Source: Phaeosaccion multiseriatum (Eukaryota > Protista > Ochrophyta, other classes). From it: DNA of 64,000 nucleotides. Each line of letters opens with the position of its first letter. Position 1 is the stretch's first letter. The notes under the pieces were generated by a model. It was not told the DNA's origin. It saw nothing but the letters and a program-made list of their open reading frames with translations, and made no database searches. The stretch lies in the NCBI GenBank assembly GCA_965112735.1, contig OZ218963.1, positions 1,364,001 through 1,428,000 on the forward strand. Reading direction: 5' to 3'. The position numbers and the translations under genes are program-made. Shown one piece after another: positions 26,457-36,400 of this stretch.

Positions 26457-27558
26457 CTCCTTCCAAGAGGTGTCATTCTCTCAGTGATCCAGCAGGGCCA
26501 CAAAACTGAAGCCGCCCCCCCCCCCTCCCTCCCACTTCTCTCTTCATCGTGCACCATGTACATACATGCCTACATATGCCTACGTATGCCTACGTATGCC
26601 TACATATGCACACACGTGCATACACAGGGTATCGACACGTTCGACTGCGTGCACCCTACACGGCTGGGGCGCCACGGAGGGGTGCTTGTCAAGAGTAACT
26701 TTTGGCAGGACGAGGCGGAGGGAGGCACCAAGATGCGTCCCCGTGAGAACATCACTCTGTCCAAGGGTGTGTTCAAGGTGAGGAGGTAGAATGGGTGGTG
26801 GCTCCTCGCTTTCCGCAGATGGTTCGAGAGAAGAGGACGGAACGAACACCCCACCTTCCTTCTCGCGGCGTGCGCTCATGTGCTTCCATCCACCGCTCCG
26901 CCCTTCCTCCACTTCCCTCCCTCCCTCCCTCCCTCCCTCCCCTCCCTCCCTCCCTCCCTTCCTTCCTTCCTTCCTTCCTTCCTTCCTTCCTTCCTTCCTT
27001 CCTTCCTTCCTTCTTGCTTCCTTTCTTCCTTCCTCCCTCCCTCCCTCCCTCCCCTCCCTCCCTCCCTCCAAGAACGATCACCGCGTCATCGACAGCACAT
27101 GCGGCTGCCCCACCTGCGCAGGGGGCTTCACCCGCTCCTACCTGCACCACCTCATCAAGGCCAACGAGGCCAATGCATCGGTGCTCCTCACGCAGCACAA
27201 CGTGTACTTCATGAACACCTTGATGAAGAGCATCAGAGAGGCCATAACAAGAGATGGTATCAAGGGGCTGGCGGAAGAGGAGGAGCGCTGGCTGGTGGAG
27301 GAGCTGAGGCCCGCCAATCGCAAGGCCATGTCTATGGGGGGCGAGGGGACGAGGATGGCGGCGCCGTGTCGAGCAGCAGTAGCACAAACTGCTGATGTTG
27401 TAGCACCAACTGCTGCTGCTGCTGATGCTGCTGTTGACGCTGTATCACCAATTGCTGGTATTGCTGGTGATGCTGCTGTTGACGCAGTATCACCAACTGC
27501 TGGTATTCCTGGTGATGATGCTGGGGATGCCGTATCACCAACTCCGCGTGTGGAATAG
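22517..27558 (+). CDS. tgt: tRNA-guanine transglycosylase (queuine tRNA-ribosyltransferase), bacterial/chlamydial-like, probably organelle-targeted
   Basis: Exons 22517-22999, 23252-23475, 24064-24220, 25161-25217, 25486-25536, 25859-26068, 26628-26777, 27073-27558. Motifs [59 protein letters not shown] and the Zn site CGCPTC..HN. Confidence 0.95.
24530..25155. repeat. Interrupted (CCT)n tract in TGT intron
   Basis: About 620 bp of CCT repeat with recurring CTG/CTA/TTA interruptions, ending at the acceptor. Confidence 0.9.
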
Positions 27559-27599
27559 ATACCACACCAATAGGCATAGAGACAAGAAAAAAAAAAATA

Positions 27600-27955
27600 C
27601 CAGTTTCGCGGTTGAGTGGCACTTTTGACGCCCCATTAATTTTTTTTGACGCCAAATGACGATTTTTTTTACGACGTGTGACGACGTTTGACGACGCTTT
27701 AGCCCCCCCTATTTGACGCCCTTTGACGCCCTTTTATCTTAATTCGCCTTCATTTCGTCTAAAAAAAATCACGTAAAAAAAAATCACGGAAAAGGGCGTC
27801 AAAGGGCGTCAAAGAGCGTCAAGAGGCGTCAAAAGGCGTCAAAAGGCGTCAAATAGGGGGCTAAAGCGTCGTCAAACGTCGTCAAAAAAATCGTCATTTG
27901 GGATAAAAAAAAATTAATGGAGCGTCAAAAGTGCCACTCAACCGCGAAATCGCAG
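27600..27955. mobile_element. Foldback MITE copy 1 (diverged, damaged left end)
   Basis: Long TIR arms TTTCGCGGTTGAGTGGCAC... / ...GTGCCACTCAACCGCGAAATCGCAG followed by TA. Confidence 0.85.
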
Positions 27956-28007
27956 TAGGCATAGAGACAGAAGGGACAAGGATAAAACTCCTTTGCACAA
28001 CACCATA

Positions 28008-28830
28008 CTGTGATTTCGCGGTTGAGTGGCACTTTTTACGCCCAATTACGCCCCATTAATTTTTTTTTGCGCCAAATGACGACTTTTTTGACGACGTTTG
28101 ACGACGTTTGACGACGCTTTAGCCCCCTATTTGACGCCCTTTTACACCCTTTTACGCCCTTTTACGCTCTTTGACGCCCTTTTATCTTAATTCGCCTTAA
28201 TTTCGTCTAAAAAAAAAAAATCACGGAAGAGGGCGTAAAAGGGCGTAAAAGGGCGTAAAAGGGCGTAAAAGGGCGTAAAAGGGCGTCAAATAGGGGGCTA
28301 CTGTGATTTCGCGGTTGAGTGGCACTTTTTACGCCCAATTACGCCCCATTAATTTTTTTTTACGCCATATGACGACTTTTTTGACGACGTTTGATGACGT
28401 TTGACGACGCTTTAGCCCCCTATTTGACGCCCTTTGACGCCCTTTTACGCCCTTTTACGCTCTTTGACGCCCTTTTATCTTAATTCGCCTTAATTTCGTC
28501 TAAAAAATATCACGTAAAAAAAAATCACGGAAGAGGGCGTAAAAGGGCGTAAAAGGGCGTAAAAGGGCGTAAAAGGGCGTAAAAGGGCGTCAAATAGGGG
28601 GCTAAAGCGTCGTCAAACGTCGTCAAACGTCGTCAAAAAAGTCGTCATTTAGCGTTAAAAAAAATTAATGGGGCGTAATTGGGCGTAAAAGTTGCCACTC
28701 AACCGCGAAATCACAGTAAAGCGTCGTCAAACGTCGTCAAACGTCGTCAAAAAAGTCGTCATTTGGCGTAAAAAAAAATTAATGGGGCGTAATTGGGCGT
28801 AAAAAGTGCCACTCAACCGCGAAATCACAG
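28008..28830. mobile_element. Foldback MITE copy 2 (outer, ~405 bp without the nested copy), TA TSD, Tc1/mariner-like
   Basis: TA|CTGTGATTTCGCGGTTGAGTGGCAC ... GTGCCACTCAACCGCGAAATCACAG|TA, with TIRs of roughly 170 bp containing 10-bp subrepeats. Confidence 0.93.
28301..28716. mobile_element. Foldback MITE copy 3 (416 bp), nested in copy 2 at a TA
   Basis: Host sequence GGGGGCTAAAGCG is split as GGGGGCTA[element]TAAAGCG, an exact TA duplication. Confidence 0.95.
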
Positions 28831-28932
28831 TAGACATAATAATGCGCCACATCAAAACAAAGACCCCTCTCTCTAAAAAAAAATATATCCGAACATCCGT
28901 CGCGAGGGGGTGAAGGGGGTCTAACGTCCCCT

Positions 28933-29048
28933 GCTTTGATGCTATAAAAGAGGCTTTGATTTTTTAAGAGGCTTTGATGCTATAAAAGAGGCTTTGATTT
29001 TTTTTTTTTTTATGCTATAAAAGAGGCTTTGATGCTATAAAAGAGGCT
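28933..29048. repeat. 20-bp repeat of the helicase stop-codon region with poly-T insertions
   Basis: Unit GCTTTGATGCTATAAAAGAG; four copies of GCTATAAAAGAGGC. Confidence 0.85.
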
Positions 29049-29164
29049 GGTGCGGTAGCCCCTGCGCCGTTACTCTCCGCCGCTTCTCCCCCGACCCACC
29101 GGTCTTGCTCCTCCTCTTGCTGCTGCTGTTGCTGCTGCTGGTGCTGCTGCTGGTGCTGCTGCCG

Positions 29165-29195
<31 letters not shown>

Positions 29196-29577
29196 CATCC
29201 TTTCCTTTGCTGCTTGGCGACGGCGTGTGGTTCTCCTTGGCCGCACTCGTACTGGCCGATCGCACCGCAGCGCTCCACCTGGGCGGAGCGGCAGGGTTGA
29301 AGAGAGGCGGAAGCGTCGGGAAAGGCAGGGATTGATGACCTTCCAACCCCCTTTTGCCTATGCCTGACCTTGCCGCTGCCATCATTGCCCCCGTGCCTGC
29401 TGTGCCTACACCTCTCGTGTCTGTGCCGAGGGCTGGGGGCAAGGAGGGGAAGTGGACTGCGCAGGAGGGGATCCACATCTTGCCGGGGAGAGCGGTGGGC
29501 AGGCCCTTGCCAGCGGCCAGCACACACAGACCCACCACGGGCGACGACGTGCCCCGCGGTACCACCAACTGCTGCTG

Positions 29578-29616
<39 letters not shown>

Positions 29617-30402
29617 GCTCAGGCACTGACGGCACAGCACAGCGTCATACATGATTTTTGCCCTTGCTTCCCACATAAAGGCGGAGTACTCACTGCCTGT
29701 ACCACCAACTGCTGCGGTTGCTGTATCACCAACTGCCGCTGCTGTCCCCAGCGACACCCCGGGCAATTCCTTGAGGTGTGTGTCCGTCACGAGCTCCAGA
29801 ACCGTTACAGCAGCAGCTGCGGAAGCTTCTTGACTGCTCGGCGGTGGTGAGGTGAAGCCACCGTGAGAAGGGCCATACGCACCCGCAGCGAGTGACAGAG
29901 AGGCGAAGCGGTTCACCGTGGGGAAGCCCTGCACCTGCCGCACTCCGACGGCGTCGTCAAAGCGGCACCCTATTCTGTCCTCGCGTCGCCTCTCCTCCTC
30001 CTGCTCCTGCTCCTGCTCCTGCTCCTCCAAAGCATCCATACTCCTTCCTCTGCAACGTTTGCCGCTGCCGCTGCTGCCGCTGCTGCTGTTGGTGCCTCTG
30101 CGGCCCTTTTCCACCGCGGAATTCACCAGGGGAACACACCCCAAGCTATGCCCCTCCCGGCAGTGCACTTGAAGAAACCCCTCCCTGGGTGGAACAACAT
30201 TCCGTAGAGCACCTTTCTGCTCCTGGCACTGCTCCTGCTGGTGCTCTTGGTGGTGCTGCTGAAGCTGATGGTGAGCACCTCCCCTCGAGGCACCACCAAC
30301 ACCAGAAACAGCGTGGTTGATGGCCCGCTCCCCCCCGCCTCCTCCACCGGTCTCCTCCTCCCCCAACCCTTTCTCCTCCCCTCCCTCCTCCTTGTCCTTC
30401 TT

Positions 30403-30433
<31 letters not shown>

Positions 30434-33400
30434 TCCTCCTCCTCCTCCACCTCCTCCTTCTCCTCGTCGTCCTCCTCCTCCTCCTTTGTGCCCCATGTGT
30501 GGCGCACCACCCTCCTGACCGGCGCTGCATGGCCTCCTCCTCCTCCTCCTCCTCCTCGAGCACCACCACTCAGTCCCATGAACTTGGCCATGGTGGACTG
30601 CTGTTGCGCAGTGCTGGCTCGTCGAGAACCCTTCTTGGCCTTAGCGATAGGTGGTGAGCCACCACCACCTCCTCCTCCTCCTCCTCCTCCTCCTCCTCCT
30701 CCTCCTCCTCCTCCTCCTCCTCCTCCTCCTAGCCCTCCATTCAGTCTCTCTTGCCCCACCCTCTGTGCAGGAGCGCTAGTCAGACGGGCGAATCCATCCG
30801 CCCCCACAACCACCTCCTGCGCCCCCCCCCCAAGAGCCTGAGTCGATCTCCCCCCCCCTCCTGCAGTCAGCTCTTGCGCTCTCCCCTCCTGCAGCAAGCT
30901 CTGCACCGACGGGGCAAACTTGATGGCGAGCCTGTTGTAGAAGTCCCCCACGCTGTGTAAGGAAGACTCGCCTTGCCCAAAGTGACGCACCGTCTTACGC
31001 ATCCACTTGCTGAGATTGTCGCACGCGCCGTTTTGGTTCTGAAACCGTGGGTCGGCGAGAATGATGCAACCGTAGTCGCTCTTGTGGCGGATGCATCGTC
31101 CGACAGCCTGGCCCCCGGCCGTTTTGAACAGTTAGATATAGAGAGGACGGCAGAGAGGAAGGAAGAGAGAGGGTGTGAGGGTGTGTGCGAAGAATGTTCC
31201 TTCGCAGTCCCCATCGAGGGGGGGACAAGGAAGGGAGGGAGGGAGAGTGAAGGTGGGAAGGAGAGCAGGATAGAGGGAAGGGGGGAGGGGAGGAAAGAAG
31301 CCTTCCAGAGCTTCTTGATTGGCACTCTCTGACCTACCTGATTGAGAGCGCGAAAAGCCTGCAGCTTGTACCATGCATCACCGCTCAAGAGGTCCTTGTT
31401 TGTTCTGTGGGCGGCGTCTTGGAACTTCATCTTGAGATTGACTTGCGTGTCTTTGAAGTTGGCGTTGGGGATGCCCACGATGAGCACCAGCTGAGGGAGA
31501 GAGGGAGGCAGACAGGGACGGAGAGAGGGAGGGAGGGAGGGAGGGAGAGAGAGAGAGGGAGGGAAGGAGGGAGGAAGGGAGGGAGAGAAAGAGAGAGGGA
31601 GGGAGGGAGGGAGGGGGAGAGGCAGGGAGGCAGGGAGGGAGGGAAGGAGAGAGGGAGAGAAGGAGGGAGGAAGGCATGGAGAGAGGGAGGGGAAGGGAGG
31701 GGCCAGGGGGCAGGAGGAAGTGTTGTGAGGGAGAGCGCGAGGGGGGAAGTGAAGGTAGAAGGAAGACGAAGAGACGTTGGCAAAGTGACAAGTGGGGCAT
31801 GTAAGAGAGGGCAAGGGGAGAAAGAACGCGGAGTGTGAGCATCACACGACCGCAACTGTCAACCGTCCACTACTCAGTACTCACTACTCCTCACTACTCA
31901 CCCGGGCCTTATGGTCGGAGAAGTCGAGGCCTTCGGACACTTTGCCTCTGTGCGCCATTTGTGATTGTGGACGGATTCAACATATGCAAACACACGTAAG
32001 CATACATAAGCAGCACCGACCCGACGAACGGAAGTGAAAGTGGGGAAGTAAGCAAGCACGGGAATAGTGGTCAACATCAAACAAGCCCACCATTGTTATC
32101 GTGATTGTGATTGTATCGTACACCGAGCAAGTTCAACACAGGGGCGCTCGCCTCTCACCTGCATACCGCCAGAAAGATGCCCCCCGTTCTCCGCCTGCCC
32201 GCGCCGGAGTGCTTTTGAAAGCCCGAGTCTGCACTCTCGTCGATGGCCTGGTAGTAGCGGTTGAGCACCGCTTCGATTTCGCCGGACCCTCGCGGCTCCT
32301 GGACAAGACGGACAGGACAAACAGACAGACAGACAGACAGGCATACACCGTGATGGATTGATACAAAAGATGTGTGTGCATATAGAACAGGACAGCAGAG
32401 CAGAAGAGCAGAAGAGCAGAGTCGAAGAACAGAAGGGGCTGGAGAAGAATATGGAAGGATTATTGGGAGAAGCATGGCTTGTGTCAACAAGTGTCATTAC
32501 GTATCGATATATATATCAGCACGACGAGGAGGAGTGTGTGTTCTGCCTCTCGCTGCTTGCCTGTGCTGCGCAGCGTTACACTTCACGCTGGATTGATTCA
32601 CAGCAACGCGACAAACTGAATGGTCAACTCACCTGGACGACCACCTTCCTCTCCTTCAGACGGTCCATGAGGCTTGTCGTCTCCCATCGGGTCACCACTT
32701 TGTCCAGGAGAGAGTAGCTCGGGAAGAAGACGAGGATGCCGCCGGGTACAATCTCTCCGTACTGCGTGGGCGTGGGAGAGGGGGATGGCAGCATATGGAG
32801 ATTGGGAAGGGAAGGGAAGATGAATGAGCAATTAGAGTGATTTGATCGGGGAACGGAGAAAAGAACACGGTAGCATGCATTAGCGGCAGAGGCACGCAGA
32901 AGGGAAGGGGGGGGGGGAGGGGAGCTTAGGCCAGCGGGCGTTCTTCTCTTACATAAGGCTTAGGCAACGGGCCCTTCTTAACATAAGAACGCCCGCTGAG
33001 ACCGGGGCCCTTCTTAATAGAAGAACGCCCGAGACGGGAAGGGAACGAAAGCACAGTCAGAGCAAAGTCAAGAGTTGAGGGAAAGTCTCCTTCTAGTCTA
33101 GACGGCCTCAAAGTCAAGAGTTGAGGGAAAGTCTCCTTCTAGTCTAGACGGCCTCGCTCTCTCCCCAGGAAGGGAAACGAAAGCACAGTCAGAGCAAAGT
33201 CAAGAGTTGAGGGAAAGTCTCCTTCTAGTCTAGACGGCCTCGCTCTCTCCCCAGGAAGGGAAACGAAAGCACAACGCGAAGAGTCTCTCTCTGCTTCTCT
33301 CATCTCCCCGGCTTGAGGCGTGTGATCGCAAGTGCCCGTCTGCCTCTACCCTGTCCATATGACTCTGCCATGTCCTTATGTATGTCCCATAGGACTCTTA

Positions 33401-36400
33401 TCGCACCTGCTGCAGAGCGTTGCCCAGCGCATCTTGGTAGGTGAGCTGGTTCTGATTGGCGTAGTTGGACAGAAGGGACACTCCTCCCCACTGACCGATG
33501 GTTCCCACCAGGCACTGCTGTTGGGTGTCGATGACGTGACCCGCCTGAGCGAAGAGCAAAGAGCAAAGGCCAAAAGGCAAAGGGCAAAGGGCAAAGGGCA
33601 AAGAGGTAGGGTGGGTGGGTTGGGGGTGGCTTCACTCAGGACAGTGGAATGCTCTTTACAAGCTCATTCTTCTATAGGACCGCGGAATGAAATTCACGAG
33701 CTCTCCCCTCTCTACGAAGAAGTGCGGGTGCGCCCAGAAAAGATGTGAGTGTGTGCGAGTGTGCGTGCGTGTACACAGGTGTACGTGTTGGTTGTCTGTT
33801 GCCGCTGCAAATGGTCGGGCTTACCTCGAGACGGATGGGAAAGTCGATGCCCATCTCCCCCGCAAAGGAGTTGAGAGGGCTGAGCGTCCCCGACGTGAGG
33901 ATGATGGAGTGGGCTTGCTCTTGGATCTGTGCACACGTGCACACGCACGCACGCACATACGCACGCACGCACGCACACACGCACACACGCACCAAAAGCA
34001 AGCAAGCACGCAAGCACGCATACGAAGCATTGGTAGGGGGTGGAGGCAGGCATGCTAAGGTAAGAGTCGCAGTGCGAGGAAAGGCGCCAGGGGCTCTCGC
34101 CAAGGAACCTCCAGAGGGAAAACGTAATGCTCTCCCGTCATGGATGGCTCCCCTCACTCCCCCTCTCCCTCCTTCCCTCCCTCTGTCCCTCCCTCTCTCC
34201 CTGCTTCCCTCCTTCGCTCCCTCCCTCCCTCCTCCCCTGTGGATACAAAAAATAGTCCGTGCGTTTGTTCGCAAGGATGAGGGAAAGGATACCTACGTAC
34301 CTCCTTAAAGACGACCCCGGGGTGGAGGCACCAAAAGTGGAGGGAAACGGTGAAACCGTCTCCATCCCCGTCATCCGCAGCATCCCAGCCGCTGTTAGGT
34401 ACACAACCGCGTCCCAGGCCAAAGGAGAAGGCGAGGGGTGAGTGAGCGGGGCAGGAGATGAGGAGAGAGAGCGGAGCAACAGGGGCGAGAGAGGGGGGCA
34501 CAAGAAGAAGAGAGAGAGAGCGCGCGTGTGATCCAGCAGCAAGGGGCACGTCATAAATCGCGCTGCGCTCCACCATTCCTGACTTGACGCTGGCCGGTCT
34601 CCGGTCTCGAGACTAAACGAAAGCAATGAAAGGAGGCCCCCATGCAAACTATGCATGTCCCCATCCCAGGCCCCAAACCCATTCTTCTAACTGTCTGAAA
34701 CTGTCATTCCATCCATACCTTCGGCGCCGTCGGCCCTTCTTCTTAGCCCCCCACCCCGATCGCTTCTCCTTCGTCACCACCATTCGGTACTGAGCGGCGT
34801 TACGTAAGTCAGCCCCGAGGAGCAGGCCTACCACCGCCATTAGGGAAGTCACTACAGCCACGGCAGGGGCCGACAGCTGCAGGCAGAGGGAGAGAGGGAG
34901 GGAGGGGAGGGGAGGGGAGGGTGGAGAGGGGGGGGGAGGGATGGAGTCAGTCAGCCCCGACGGTCCTAACATCGATGTCTCTCTATCTGACCTGCGCGAC
35001 TGCAGTCCCACCCCACCTCACCCCACCCCATCCACTTAACACATACGTAATTCTTAAATCGTACCACCCACACACGCACCCCGAAGCACATGCCTTCCCC
35101 CTCTGACAGATTGCGCAACAGGTTACGTAACATTTCCAAACTGCAAAAAAGCGTTTCACACAGTTCCTCCTCTACGCTGCTGTTCGACATCGATTTTACG
35201 ATCACTGAAACTGAAATTCTGAACAACTGACCTGTGGCGAGAAGAGTGCCTGCCCACCTGATGCCCCCCCCCCCTCCTCCTCCTCCTCCTCCTCCTTCTT
35301 CTTCTCCGCCCTCCTCCCCCCCGCCCTCCCCTGCCTCGGTCCCGCCTGCGATCTCTGCGGTCATTTGATCGACGAGTGCCTCCAGCGTAGCCAAGTTGTC
35401 AGGCTTTAGCCCTGCCTCGCTGTTCAATATGGCCGCGGCCTGCTCACCTGTCCACACCTGTACGCCCCACCAGCGAGGAGGAGGAGCAGCAGGAGTTGGT
35501 TGTACAGGAGCAGCCAAAGGAATGAATCATCGTGTACGGCTTTTGGGGTGACAATCGCCAAACACACTCAGCAGCCCCCCCCCCCAATTTCCCTCCTTCC
35601 CTCCCTCCCTCCCTCCCTCCCTCCCTCCTTCCTTCCCTCCCTCCCTCCCTCCCTCCTTCCCTCCTTCCCTCCCTCCCTCCCTCCCTCCCTCCCCTCTCCG
35701 TCATCAAACGCGACGAAGCCCGTTCGCAAACCGTACCTTCTCTTCTTTCTCGAACTCCTTTTGTCTGAGCTCGCCCTCTGCTCCCGCCAGCCACGCCAGC
35801 AACCCGTCGAGCACAGGGAAGAGCCGGGAGTAGGCTTCCTGAGAGAGAGCAAGAGGAGAGAGAGACAGGTAGGAGAGAGAGAGCAAGAGGAGAGAGAGAC
35901 AGGTAGGAGAGAGAGAGAGCAAGAGGAGAGAGAGACAGGTAGGAGAGAGAGAGCAAGAGGAGAGAGAGACAGGTAGGAGAGAGAGCAAGAGGAGAGAGAG
36001 ACAGGTAGGAGAGAGAGCAAGAGGAGAGAGACAGGTAGGAGAGAGAGAGCAAGAGGAGAGAGAGACAGGTAGGAGAGAGAGAGCAAGAGGAGAGAGAGAC
36101 AGGTAGGAGAGAGAGAGAGCAAGAGGAGAGAGACAGGTAGGGGAGAGAGAGCAAGAGGAGAGAGACAGGTAGGAGAGAGAGAGCAAGAGGAGAGAGAGAC
36201 AGGTAGGAGAGAAAGAGCAAGAGGAGAGAGAGACAGGTAGGAGAGAGAGAGCAAGAGGAGAGAGAGACAGGTAGGAGAGAGAGCAAGAGGAGAGAGAGAC
36301 AGGTAGGAGAGAGAGAGCAAGAGGAGAGAGAGACAGGTAGGAGAGAGAGAGCAAGAGGAGAGAGAGACAGGTAGGAGAGAGAGAGCAAGAGGAGAGAGAG

